A program made the position numbers and the translations under genes. Under the pieces are notes generated by a model, which saw nothing but the letters and a program-made list of their open reading frames with translations, ran no database searches and had not been told where the DNA came from. From a virus (Duplodnaviria; Caudoviricetes), in IMG/VR virus record IMGVR_UViG_3300021400_000131, positions 1 to 64,000 of that record: 64,000 nt of DNA. The stretch is one strand, 5' to 3'. Positions 55,370 through 64,000 of this stretch are shown here, in pieces. Position 1 is the first letter of the stretch; the number at the start of each line of letters is the position of its first letter.

Positions 55370-56035
55370 ATGGAATGGGTCACGAAATACACCGAGGTTC
55401 ACCCCGATGCCGTCATGGTGACGGCACGAGCACTTGCCGCCGCTGGCACCTTCACCGCCAAGGAGACGTACAAGTACGCCATTGGCGGCGTCCACATCAA
55501 GAGTGGTGCGGTCACGACCCTCACCGCCACCGACAGCTACAAGCTGGTGCAGGTGACGAGCCGCAGGGCGTCCGGCCACACCAACCCCAACGACGAGTTT
55601 GTGCTTGACTGGCAAGGATTGAAGGCCACGAAGATGCTCACGCCACGACCGAAGGCGAGCATGTGGGTGGCTATTCACCGCTCACCTGCCAACAACGACC
55701 TGAACCTCGTGTTCCTAGAGGAGAAGGGCGAGGGCCAATACACCGAGCGCGGCAGGGCCACGGTGAAGGCGCTGGATGCCAACTTCCCGAGCGTCGAGCC
55801 GCTGTTCAAGGGCAAGGCTGAGTACGCAAAGGGTGAGCAGTCCAACGCTGGCCCCTACCTCAACACCAGCTACCTCATCGACCTGTTCAAGGCTATCGAG
55901 TTGGCGGTGAGCGCCGATGGCGCAGCCGCAACGAGCTTCATCCACGGTCCCAACTGGAACCAGCCCATGTTCTTCGAGGCCGAGAACAAGAGTGGTGAGG
56001 CCGTCACCGCCATCTGCATGCCCATCCGTCACTAG
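55370..56035 (+). CDS. two-domain DNA polymerase III beta-clamp-like protein
   Basis: KYAIGGV, TATDSYKL, NFPSVEPL, LNTSYLIDLFK, ICMPIR match DnaN middle and C-terminal motifs. Confidence 0.7.
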   Translation: MEWVTKYTEVHPDAVMVTARALAAAGTFTAKETYKYAIGGVHIKSGAVTTLTATDSYKLVQVTSRRASGHTNPNDEFVLDWQGLKATKMLTPRPKASMWVAIHRSPANNDLNLVFLEEKGEGQYTERGRATVKALDANFPSVEPLFKGKAEYAKGEQSNAGPYLNTSYLIDLFKAIELAVSADGAAATSFIHGPNWNQPMFFEAENKSGEAVTAICMPIRH

Positions 56036-56053
56036 CAGAGAGGACAACGAAAA

Positions 56054-56155
56054 ATGAACGTCACTCGCAGGGGATTCATCAAGCTCTTCGCAATCGGGTT
56101 CGTCAGCGCACTGGCTGGCGAGCTTGACGCATCCGACGATGACGGTGGTGGCTAG
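56054..56155 (+). CDS. 33-aa Tat-signal-like peptide
   Basis: Read by hand: MNVTRRGFIKLFAIGFVSALAGELDASDDDGGG; AGAGAGGACAACGAAAA leader. Confidence 0.6.
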   Translation: MNVTRRGFIKLFAIGFVSALAGELDASDDDGGG

Positions 56156-56202
56156 CTGGCTCCACCGCACCGCAATGACCAACGAGAGAAAGGACAACGA
56201 AA

Positions 56203-56607
56203 GTGGGCTACTACAGCGACATTCGATTCAACACCACCGCAGCGGGCTACAAGGAGTTCCTTGCAGCCCTGCCCGACGAGTTCAAGGACCCCACCAAGTG
56301 GGGCCTCTTCGACAAGCATGGCAACCCCGAGGTGTTCGAGGAGTACGACGGCGGCGTGATGTTCGGGTGGGATGGCGTCAAGTGGTACACCGATTGGGGC
56401 ACCTACCTCTACGGCAACAACCCCTTCGCCGACGTGCAGGCCGTGATGGCGGCTTTCAACGAGGTGTTGGACAACGGCGTGCCCATCGAGTACATCCGCG
56501 TCGGAGAGGAAACGGGTGACATCGAATACGGTGGCGACATCCACTACGCCAGCACCGAAGGGCCTACCTGCTACCTTGGCACGTCCACGACAATCGAGCT
56601 GTACTAG
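56203..56607 (+). CDS. conserved hypothetical protein
   Basis: MGYYSDIRF...YIRVGEE. Confidence 0.7.
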   Translation: MGYYSDIRFNTTAAGYKEFLAALPDEFKDPTKWGLFDKHGNPEVFEEYDGGVMFGWDGVKWYTDWGTYLYGNNPFADVQAVMAAFNEVLDNGVPIEYIRVGEETGDIEYGGDIHYASTEGPTCYLGTSTTIELY

Positions 56608-56619
56608 GAGGGAGCAAGC

Positions 56620-56865
56620 ATGAGAGTCAAGCCAATCGAAGAGTTTGACTACGAGGGCCAGCACTACAAGTACGTGACCTTCGAGTTCAACACGCCGTCG
56701 ACCCACGAGGCCACGGTGTGGCTGGACGAGGACAACGAGCCAACGGGCGGCGAGGAGATCGCCTACGGTTCGTGGAACACGTTCGACAAGCAGGAAGTCG
56801 GCGAGTACCTGCACCACTACGGCATCGACTTCGGCGAGGTGCTGCAACGAGCGGTTGCAGCATAG
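56620..56865 (+). CDS. acidic hypothetical protein
   Basis: AGGAGG RBS. Confidence 0.65.
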   Translation: MRVKPIEEFDYEGQHYKYVTFEFNTPSTHEATVWLDEDNEPTGGEEIAYGSWNTFDKQEVGEYLHHYGIDFGEVLQRAVAA

Positions 56866-56939
56866 CACCGACAACGAACCACGGAACCAAGCGGCCATCC
56901 ACAAGGGGTGGCCGCAACTCATTAGAGAGGAAGCACGAC

Positions 56940-57332
56940 ATGCTCAACGAGTACACCCGCACCTACATCGTCAACGGCGACTTCAACAACAGCGGCGTCA
57001 ACCGCATCGACGTGAGCATCGACTACCGAAAGGGCGGCATGAGCTACTGGGACGGCGGGATGCGCCCCCGTGGCTACTACTTCAGCATCAGCCCCTACAA
57101 GCTGGTCGACCACGGCTACTGCACGAGCCGCGAGGTGATGATTGGCGTCCACGGCAGCGGCTCCGCCGACTGCATCCTACCCTGCGAGCGCCAGTCCAAG
57201 AAGCGCTTCGAGACGGCGTGCGGCATGGTGGACGAACTCACCGACAAAATCCTGCCTGCCTTCCTTGCCAAGCACGGCATCGAGCTTGAGAGCAACGAGT
57301 ACACCGAGAAGTGGGACGAGCGCCGGGTCTAG
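56940..57332 (+). CDS. conserved hypothetical protein
   Basis: VSIDYRKGGMSYW...RGYYFSISP. Confidence 0.65.
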   Translation: MLNEYTRTYIVNGDFNNSGVNRIDVSIDYRKGGMSYWDGGMRPRGYYFSISPYKLVDHGYCTSREVMIGVHGSGSADCILPCERQSKKRFETACGMVDELTDKILPAFLAKHGIELESNEYTEKWDERRV

Positions 57333-57404
57333 TGGCGAACGGCCACCTGTGAGGACTCACAAGGACGAGAGACACATCAGGGAACAAGAGAGAGGACAAC
57401 GAAA

Positions 57405-57707
57405 ATGCAGAAGCTCATGACCAAGGCAATTGAGAAGAAGGCACCCCGTCTCTACGAGCAGGAGGACAAAGGCGGCGACGCCATCGTGTACGCCCACTTC
57501 TTCTCCTGCTTCAGCAATTGGGACTGGTACATGACGGAGTACGACCCCGAGAGCCGCCTGTGCTTCGGTCTGGTGAAGGGCTTCGCCACCGAGTACGGGT
57601 ACTTCTCCATCGACGAGATGGAGGGCATCAACCGCAGCAAGGGCTTCAACATCATCGAGCGTGACCTGTACTGGGAGCCGTGCACGGTTGGCTCCCTGAT
57701 TGACTAG
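57405..57707 (+). CDS. DUF2958-like protein
   Basis: AHFF...WDWYMTEYD...FGLV.GF..EYGYFSIDEM. Confidence 0.75.
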   Translation: MQKLMTKAIEKKAPRLYEQEDKGGDAIVYAHFFSCFSNWDWYMTEYDPESRLCFGLVKGFATEYGYFSIDEMEGINRSKGFNIIERDLYWEPCTVGSLID

Positions 57708-57728
57708 CGACGGCAGGAGGAAGCGAGC

Positions 57729-57983
57729 ATGAAGCACAGTATGGAGGAAGTTCGCATCGACCTCAACAACTGCAACCGTTGCCTTGCACGGCTTGGCATC
57801 GACCGCAGGCTGCGCATCGAGGCGATAAGGGACGGCGGGACGGCAGGCTCCCGCCGCCTTGTGTGGAGCGACAACCACATCGTGAGCAACCGCTGCAAGC
57901 AGGGCGAGCTGTACAAGGTGGTGAGCACCTTGAAAGAGGTGCTTGAGGACATCACCAACGAAATCGAGGAGTACGGAGTGTGA
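57729..57983 (+). CDS. hypothetical protein
   Basis: AGGAGG RBS. Confidence 0.6.
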   Translation: MKHSMEEVRIDLNNCNRCLARLGIDRRLRIEAIRDGGTAGSRRLVWSDNHIVSNRCKQGELYKVVSTLKEVLEDITNEIEEYGV

Positions 57984-57987
57984 GCAC

Positions 57988-58239
57988 ATGGAAGTGAACG
58001 GCATCCGCATGACCTACGAGCGACGGTGGAGCTTGCTGAATGGCAAGATTTTTATGGTGGACTTCACCCTCAACGACCCCACGGGACGCCTTAACTACGC
58101 AAGCGTGAGCAAGCGTGCCAACAGGCCGTTCCGTGTGAGCGTTGGATGGAAGCCTTCGCCAAGCCACCACTACGTCATCGGCGACTACGAGACGGCAGCG
58201 CAAGCACTCAACCGCATCATCGAGTACATCGGGAGGTAA
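57988..58239 (+). CDS. hypothetical protein
   Basis: ORF in operon. Confidence 0.55.
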   Translation: MEVNGIRMTYERRWSLLNGKIFMVDFTLNDPTGRLNYASVSKRANRPFRVSVGWKPSPSHHYVIGDYETAAQALNRIIEYIGR

Positions 58240-58245
58240 CGAACT

Positions 58246-58965
58246 ATGGCACGAGAGCAGATTATCGACCGCATCAAGAAGCTCCTCGCCCTTGCGAAGG
58301 ACAACGCAAGCGCAGCGGAGGCCACCGCAGCCGCGCTCAAGGCGCAGAAGCTCATCGCCGAGCACGACGTGAGCAAGGACGAAATCTACGGCGAGGAGCC
58401 GGAGGAAATCGACGAGACGCAGAGCTTCGACATTCACGGCAAGCCGTGGGCAACCTACCTTGCCCGCGCCATCGCCGACAACTTCCGCTGCAAGCACTAC
58501 TTCTGCGACACGACCAGCCAGAACTACTGGACGCGCCGCAAGAGCGTGACTGGACGCAAGGTGGTGTTCGTCGGCTACGAAACAGACGCGGAAGCCGCCC
58601 GCGTCACCTTCGAGCGACTGTACGAGATCGGCGAGAAGCTTGCTGACGCCGAGTGCCGCAGGGCCAAGCGCCTGTATGGCACGACGAGGGGCATGCGCAA
58701 CAGCTTCCTCGTCGGCGACAACCGCACGTCGGGGTTCGTCGCTGGCATCCGCAGCGAGCTTGAGAAGCAGTCACACGAGCTGATGCTTGTGCGACCGAAG
58801 TCCGTGGATGACTACTACACCGAAATCAGCAGCGGGTTCGGCACCATGCGCAGCAACCTGCGCAGCCAGGGGTACAGCAGTGCGGCGGCGAGCCGTGGCT
58901 ACGACGCAGGACGAGACTCGCTGAGGAGCGCCCGCATGGGCGGTCAGCTGGCACTTGAGGGTTAG
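58246..58965 (+). CDS. DUF2786-domain protein
   Basis: IIDRIKKLLALA...EATAAALKAQKLI. Confidence 0.8.
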   Translation: MAREQIIDRIKKLLALAKDNASAAEATAAALKAQKLIAEHDVSKDEIYGEEPEEIDETQSFDIHGKPWATYLARAIADNFRCKHYFCDTTSQNYWTRRKSVTGRKVVFVGYETDAEAARVTFERLYEIGEKLADAECRRAKRLYGTTRGMRNSFLVGDNRTSGFVAGIRSELEKQSHELMLVRPKSVDDYYTEISSGFGTMRSNLRSQGYSSAAASRGYDAGRDSLRSARMGGQLALEG

Positions 58966-58980
58966 AAAGAAGGAGCAAGC

Positions 58981-59163
58981 GTGGCAGACAAGGGCAAGTA
59001 CGAGATTCGCTGGTGCTGGAACGGGAGCAAGCGCCAGGTGGCCTTCGTCGACCGCTTCGACACCGAGGAAGAGTGGCACGACGTCATCTGGAACCAGCCA
59101 TACGACATCATCGACGAGACGGACACCGTGTGCTTCATCGACTACGGTGACAACGACGATTAA
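58981..59163 (+). CDS. small acidic protein
   Basis: AAGGAG RBS, GTG start. Confidence 0.55.
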   Translation: MADKGKYEIRWCWNGSKRQVAFVDRFDTEEEWHDVIWNQPYDIIDETDTVCFIDYGDNDD

Positions 59164-59174
59164 GGGGGCAGCGA

Positions 59175-59321
59175 GTGAAGTACGTGGTCAGCAAGGACGA
59201 GAAGAGCGGGCTTTGGTACGTCCACATGGACGGCTTCGCCTACATCCCCGTGTTTGGCTCGTTCCGCAAGAGCAAGCGAGCGGCACAGGCAATCGCACGA
59301 GAGAGGAACAAGTGGCAATGA
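59175..59321 (+). CDS. small basic protein
   Basis: Read by hand: (M)KYVVSKDEKSGLWYVHMDGF...; ATGA overlap with next gene. Confidence 0.55.
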   Translation: MKYVVSKDEKSGLWYVHMDGFAYIPVFGSFRKSKRAAQAIARERNKWQ

Positions 59322-59530
59322 TTGTGCGAATCAAGGTCGAGGAGTTCTACGAGGTCGAGGTGGACGATGACAACATGACGGACGCCAAGCAGACCATCGA
59401 GACGGAGATGGGTGACGGCGTGCGCTGGTACTTGGACAACTGCACCGACTACGTGGGACGCTACATCTTCTGCGAGAACGCAGAGAACCACATTGGCCTG
59501 CACAACTACGAGCAGGTGGATGCAGAGTAG
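59318..59530 (+). CDS. small acidic protein
   Basis: MIVRIKVEEFYEVEVDD. Confidence 0.6.
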   Translation: MIVRIKVEEFYEVEVDDDNMTDAKQTIETEMGDGVRWYLDNCTDYVGRYIFCENAENHIGLHNYEQVDAE

Positions 59531-59542
59531 GAAGGAGATGGC

Positions 59543-59818
59543 ATGACACTTGGACAGTTGCTTGACAGCATGACCGTCTACGGCCCCGTGGGGCTGTGGC
59601 GGGGCGCGATTTTCGGCAACGCCGCAGCGCCCGAGGTGTGGTACGAAAATCCGGCAGACATTGCGACGTGCGACCCGAAGCTCCTAAAGCTTGAAGTTGT
59701 CGGCGTCTGCGTCGCCGCAGGCGAGTTCACCGACTACGACGATAACGTGCTGCTTGAGATTGGCCTTGAGTGGGACGGCTTCGAGAATGACGAAGAGATG
59801 TGGGAGGGCGCACGATGA
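59543..59818 (+). CDS. acidic hypothetical protein
   Basis: AAGGAG RBS. Confidence 0.6.
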   Translation: MTLGQLLDSMTVYGPVGLWRGAIFGNAAAPEVWYENPADIATCDPKLLKLEVVGVCVAAGEFTDYDDNVLLEIGLEWDGFENDEEMWEGAR

Positions 59819-60201
59819 TTGCGACGCAGGGAAAGACGTCACTGACCAGCGAGCAGGTTCGGGAGCTGATTCCGGGCCTGCTCTTTTGCAAGGATTGCGA
59901 GCAGTGGACACCGCACTATGGCGAGTGCAAGGAAGAGGGCTACTGCAACTTTGGCCTTGGCTCTGCGTGTGCTGATGACTTCTGCTCGCAGGGAATACCG
60001 AAACGCCGCAACACATGGGGCGACGTCAAGCGCTGGCTGGACAAGCTCACAGACGAAGAGCTGAACCTAACCGCCTACGTCTACCTCACCAACAGCAAGC
60101 AGTGGGACGGAGCGCACGAGATCACGGGGATTACCCCGTGGGACAGCAGCCGACCCGTGGTGCGGCAGGACAACGAGCTGGCATTCGACATTGAGGAGTA
60201 A
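59815..60201 (+). CDS. zinc-binding hypothetical protein
   Basis: FCKDCE...C...DDFCSQG. Confidence 0.65.
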   Translation: MIATQGKTSLTSEQVRELIPGLLFCKDCEQWTPHYGECKEEGYCNFGLGSACADDFCSQGIPKRRNTWGDVKRWLDKLTDEELNLTAYVYLTNSKQWDGAHEITGITPWDSSRPVVRQDNELAFDIEE

Positions 60202-60205
60202 CGAC

Positions 60206-60388
60206 ATGACCAAGGCACAGGCAAACAAGATTCTTAACTTCATTCGTCACCACTACGACATGGTGGGACAGGAGGAGTACTTCGACCTCTGCGACATGCT
60301 CTTCGACATCATCGAGCACGACGCGAACGCCGGACGCTATGCGGCGGCGCTCGCCAAGGACAACCCGGACTTCTTCGAGATGAAGTGA
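60206..60388 (+). CDS. small hypothetical protein
   Basis: GAGGAG RBS. Confidence 0.6.
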   Translation: MTKAQANKILNFIRHHYDMVGQEEYFDLCDMLFDIIEHDANAGRYAAALAKDNPDFFEMK

Positions 60389-60449
60389 GATTATGTCGTG
60401 TCATAGTGAGACAATAGCGACGGCGTGTGAGTAGGAGAGAGGAACGACA

Positions 60450-61088
60450 ATGCTGAACATTTTCACCGACAACTGGGACAATCCACCAATCCTCAACGAG
60501 GATGAGAGTGTGTACCGCATCTACACCAGCAACCACAATGATGTACTTTACGCCATCACTGACCTCACGGGGGACGAACTTGATGACGAGGTGCGGTTCG
60601 CATTGCGCCACACGTTCGGCGATGCCGTGAAGCTCGTTGACCTTGAGGACGTGTCGTGCATCATCTACGAGGAAGCGGAAGCAAAAGAGAATGCCCGCAA
60701 GGATGCCGACGAGAGCTGGGACGGCGAGGGCTACTACCTCATCGGCTGGTCTGATGGCGGCATGGACTGGACCAACAACGGCCCGGTCTGGTTCGACCGC
60801 AAGGACGATTTGGCCGACGAGCTTGAAGCCGCTTACGCTGACAACACAGATACTCATCTGCCCTACGCCGAGAAGGTTGTCGTGTTCGGCAACTACGATG
60901 ATGGCGGCTTCGATGCGATGTTCGGCAAGTTCAAGGAGGACTACGACATTGAGGGTGTCATTGAAGCCATCGACGAGGCAACGCGACCAACGGCTGACGG
61001 CAAGAACCGCTATTGGGTCGGCCTGACCACGCCCGAAGAGGGGCAGGAAGAGCTGAACAAGATTCTTGAGGAAAACCTCAAGAAGTAG
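60450..61088 (+). CDS. strongly acidic hypothetical protein
   Basis: AGAGAGG RBS; D/E-rich. Confidence 0.7.
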   Translation: MLNIFTDNWDNPPILNEDESVYRIYTSNHNDVLYAITDLTGDELDDEVRFALRHTFGDAVKLVDLEDVSCIIYEEAEAKENARKDADESWDGEGYYLIGWSDGGMDWTNNGPVWFDRKDDLADELEAAYADNTDTHLPYAEKVVVFGNYDDGGFDAMFGKFKEDYDIEGVIEAIDEATRPTADGKNRYWVGLTTPEEGQEELNKILEENLKK

Positions 61089-61183
61089 CTCACATTTGAC
61101 AACTGACAGCGCACGGCAATGCGGCCCACTTGCTTCGGCAAGCGGGTCGTTTGCTTTGCACTGGCAGCGAGAAAGGAGCCGAC

Positions 61184-61600
61184 ATGGCGAACCTGCACAC
61201 CTTCAGTGAAGTCAGGAATGAGTGCCTTACGTGGCACTATGAGAACCGCAACAACATCAACGAGTTCTTCTGGAAGCTGCGAGAGGACGGCGCAGTGTAC
61301 AGCCCGACGCTTGGCGCGGCGGTCCTGTGGTGCGAGTGGAAGTCTGGCGGCGAGGTTGTCGACCGAACGTTCGAGGTCGTGTTCGACGTGACGCCGGACA
61401 ACCTTCGTGAGCACGTCGAGTTCATCAAGGAGTGGGGCGGCTGGGACAAGTGGGCGACCGACCTGCTTGCAGACTTCGAGCATTACAGCTTCAACCTGAA
61501 CGAAGAGGACGAGGTGCAGACGTGCATCGCCGTGCTTGCGGCCATCTGCACGGCCCCCGACTGGACGAGCAACCCCAAAGAAGTGCTTTGCCACAAGTGA
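61184..61600 (+). CDS. acidic hypothetical protein
   Basis: AAGGAG RBS then MANLHTF. Confidence 0.7.
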   Translation: MANLHTFSEVRNECLTWHYENRNNINEFFWKLREDGAVYSPTLGAAVLWCEWKSGGEVVDRTFEVVFDVTPDNLREHVEFIKEWGGWDKWATDLLADFEHYSFNLNEEDEVQTCIAVLAAICTAPDWTSNPKEVLCHK

Positions 61601-61612
61601 GAGGAGCAAGGA

Positions 61613-61960
61613 ATGGACAACAATCCCAACTACAACAAGACGCTCTTTCACCTCATCGCAACGAAGGCCGTCGAGATTTGCGACACCAATGGTGCCTACG
61701 AGGAGCTTGACGAGTACGACATTTCGCAGCTCCTACTTGCACTTGAGCGTCACGTTGACAAGAAAAACGGCGTGGTTGGTGCCGCCTTGTCGCTCGCAAG
61801 CGAGTGGATGACCGACTACGCCTCCGAGCTTGACGAATGCATCGAAGAGTTGCTGGACACGCTGTGTGCCCACGGCTACCTGATGAAGCTCAACAACAAG
61901 ACCGACGCCGTTTACGTGAGCATGATGAGTGGCAAGTTTAAGTGTCTCCGAGAGGATTAG
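61613..61960 (+). CDS. acidic hypothetical protein
   Basis: ORF in operon. Confidence 0.65.
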   Translation: MDNNPNYNKTLFHLIATKAVEICDTNGAYEELDEYDISQLLLALERHVDKKNGVVGAALSLASEWMTDYASELDECIEELLDTLCAHGYLMKLNNKTDAVYVSMMSGKFKCLRED

Positions 61961-61962
61961 AC

Positions 61963-62211
61963 ATGGACAAGTACGAGGAACTTGCACTGGCAATCGTGGA
62001 CTACGAGATGGTGGGCTACTACGACCTGATGGATGCCTACGGGAGCGAGACTAACGCCTTCCACTGCATCGTGAACGACCTGTACAGCAACAAGATTGAC
62101 GTGAGCTGGTACAAAGAGCTGCTGGAACACGAGGAGCCTGACGAGGAAGAGACGGTGATGCTCAACCGCATCATCGAGCTGGCAGACGAGATTGAGAAGG
62201 AGAGCAACTAA
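61963..62211 (+). CDS. acidic hypothetical protein
   Basis: GAGGA RBS then MDKYEE. Confidence 0.65.
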   Translation: MDKYEELALAIVDYEMVGYYDLMDAYGSETNAFHCIVNDLYSNKIDVSWYKELLEHEEPDEEETVMLNRIIELADEIEKESN

Positions 62212-62546
62212 TGAGCGCAGAAAAGCAGCTTTTCCACCTGATGGCCGAGAAGATGCGGGAGCTGGCGTGCGAGACGCAGGGCTTCAAGCCGGATGATGAG
62301 GATGTGAGTGACGTTTTTTGCGCCCTCTGCATGTTGATTGATGGCATGGACCACACGACAAGCCACGTCGAAACCGCCGCCGCCGCACTTGCCGTGGCGT
62401 CTGGCGAGTTCAGTAACGACCTGTATTACCACATCAACGAGCGTGGCGACACGTTCGACTGGTTGCTCGATTGCATGGTGAAGGACGAGATTCTTGAGCG
62501 CCTTGACGGCGACAACCACAAGGTCTACCTGCGTACTGACGAGTAA
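62211..62546 (+). CDS. acidic hypothetical protein
   Basis: TAATG overlap. Confidence 0.65.
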   Translation: MSAEKQLFHLMAEKMRELACETQGFKPDDEDVSDVFCALCMLIDGMDHTTSHVETAAAALAVASGEFSNDLYYHINERGDTFDWLLDCMVKDEILERLDGDNHKVYLRTDE

Positions 62547-62556
62547 GGAGCACGAC

Positions 62557-62925
62557 ATGACCAAGTACGAGTGCAAGTGGTTCCACACTACGAGGAAGCA
62601 CCCCCACGCATGGAGCGACGCCAAGGGAAGGGAGCTGATGGAGCTTGTTCACGACTACTACGACGATAAGGATGCTCTCATGGCCGACGTGCTGCGGCTG
62701 GCTGGTGAGAAGCGGTGCCTGCTCATCATGGACATGGACCCGAACCCCAAGCAGCGGTTCCCTATCTGGTGGTACCTGCATCCGTCCCTGCGCTTCGACG
62801 GCTGGCAGCTCAGCAGCTTCGACTACTGGGGCGCACGGTGCCACTACGACGTGAAGCACGGAGACGTGCACGAGCTTTCCTACGACCTGCCTGACAACTT
62901 CGAGTGCTGGTACTACGGCAACTAG
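62557..62925 (+). CDS. hypothetical protein
   Basis: TAAGGAG RBS then MTKYECKW. Confidence 0.65.
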   Translation: MTKYECKWFHTTRKHPHAWSDAKGRELMELVHDYYDDKDALMADVLRLAGEKRCLLIMDMDPNPKQRFPIWWYLHPSLRFDGWQLSSFDYWGARCHYDVKHGDVHELSYDLPDNFECWYYGN

Positions 62926-62939
62926 AGAGAGGACAACGA

Positions 62940-63248
62940 ATGATTATGACGTTTGAGCGCATCTACGAGGTGGAAGTCTACGCCTGTGACTACGACTTCG
63001 TGAACGACGAGTGGGATGACGAGAGGGATTGCGTCTCACAGAATCAGTACGACAGCTACAACGCAGCGGTGAGTGCCGTGCGCAGCATCACGCCGAAGGC
63101 GGCGATGAAGCTTGAGCGGAAGTACGACCGCAACGGTCTGGACATCGTGATCTACGAGCGCTGCTTCGCCAACGACGAGGAAGTGAGCTGGGAAGAGGTT
63201 GGGTGCGCCGAGTGGATTGGCGCGTGCTGCAATGTCATGGACGTGTAG
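62940..63248 (+). CDS. acidic hypothetical protein
   Basis: AGAGAGGACAACGA leader. Confidence 0.65.
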   Translation: MIMTFERIYEVEVYACDYDFVNDEWDDERDCVSQNQYDSYNAAVSAVRSITPKAAMKLERKYDRNGLDIVIYERCFANDEEVSWEEVGCAEWIGACCNVMDV

Positions 63249-63260
63249 GAAGGACAGGCA

Positions 63261-63464
63261 ATGACCGACGAGTACAGGCTTTTCATCAGGGACAACGCAA
63301 TCACGACAGAACAAGCGCTTTTCAACCTGCGCAACGCCTTGCGAGGCACGAGCATCGACGAACTTGAGTCGAAGTCATACCACGTCGAGGAAATGCGGGG
63401 TGTCGTTAGCAGACTTGTTAGCAAGCTTGAGCGCATGGGACGAAACAACGAGGAACAGGAGTAA
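63261..63464 (+). CDS. hypothetical protein
   Basis: ORF in operon. Confidence 0.6.
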   Translation: MTDEYRLFIRDNAITTEQALFNLRNALRGTSIDELESKSYHVEEMRGVVSRLVSKLERMGRNNEEQE

Positions 63465-63469
63465 GAGAC

Positions 63470-63742
63470 ATGGCAAAGAGCATCTACACGCTGGTGGACA
63501 CGGACTACGTTCGTGACTACCTCATCAACAACACCGAGCTTATCGACGATGACAACAGCATGACGGACGAGCAGCTTGACCAGACCATCGACCGCATCGT
63601 TTCCGCATCCACTGACGGGCGGCTCTTCGTGATGCTGGGAGAGTGCTTTGCGCACTCCCGCAAGTTCGACAAGCTGCTCGACCTCGTTGACAGCTGCATG
63701 TACGACTTCGTGGCCGAGTGCCTGAAGGAAATGGAGGAGTAG
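63470..63742 (+). CDS. acidic hypothetical protein
   Basis: ORF in operon. Confidence 0.65.
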   Translation: MAKSIYTLVDTDYVRDYLINNTELIDDDNSMTDEQLDQTIDRIVSASTDGRLFVMLGECFAHSRKFDKLLDLVDSCMYDFVAECLKEMEE

Positions 63743-63744
63743 AC

Positions 63745-64000
63745 ATGGCATACAAGACCTTCGCAAAGACCGACATCGTTGTGCTCAACGCCTTCGAGGC
63801 TGCGGCATACGTCAACATGTGGTGCGAGTTCAACAACCGCGAGCCGTTCGGTGAGAGCGAGTTCAGTGACGCGCTTGACTACGGCATTGATGCCGGGGCG
63901 ATCACGCAGCTGAACGATGACCAGTTCGAGTTGTGGTCACTTGAGAACGTAGGCAACGTCATCCGCTATCAAGCAAGCTACCTTGTCAACGCCGACGTGC
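63745..64000 (+). CDS. hypothetical protein, runs off window end
   Basis: GGAGG then MAYKTFAKTDIVVLNAF... Confidence 0.6.
   Translation, partial: MAYKTFAKTDIVVLNAFEAAAYVNMWCEFNNREPFGESEFSDALDYGIDAGAITQLNDDQFELWSLENVGNVIRYQASYLVNADV

Noticed and set aside
1-64000. tRNA or rRNA genes and IS elements
   Set aside because: None recognised by eye; a tRNAscan-SE/ARAGORN run would be needed to exclude them

Overview
The window is most of the genome of a temperate, long-tailed siphovirus with high-GC coding regions. The host is probably an actinobacterium such as Coriobacteriia; this is inferred from GC content, lysin type and a leaderless promoter. No host genes are visible and an intact attP-like site follows the integrase, so this looks like the free or circular phage form. 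Layout: (1) 1-20038 minus strand: replication, recombination and accessory genes (DnaB-like helicase, initiator with iterons, Sak4-like ATPase, nuclease-SSB fusion, resolvase, Lar, HNH, Xis, Cro). (2) 20039-21910: lysogeny switch (three operators, CI-like repressor, tyrosine integrase, attP). (3) 21960-49339 minus strand: late genes (HNH, TerS, TerL, portal, protease, HK97 capsid, head-tail, tail, 2208-aa tape measure, minor tails, holin, endolysin), ending in four paralogous genes with a constant N-terminus and variable C-terminus. (4) 49340-50878: AT-rich non-coding region with a 15-bp-phased array of nine AGGTACCT palindromes. (5) 50879-64000 plus strand: about 38 small genes resembling an early or anti-defence block. 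Most notable: the four-cassette array (one copy frameshifted in a G-run), the palindrome array beside the packaging genes, NrdR-box-like pairs over late promoters, an apparently circularly permuted endolysin, a stand-alone Tat-signal mini-peptide, a two-domain beta-clamp homologue and a candidate structured ncRNA. Family assignments come from motif recognition by eye, not database searches.
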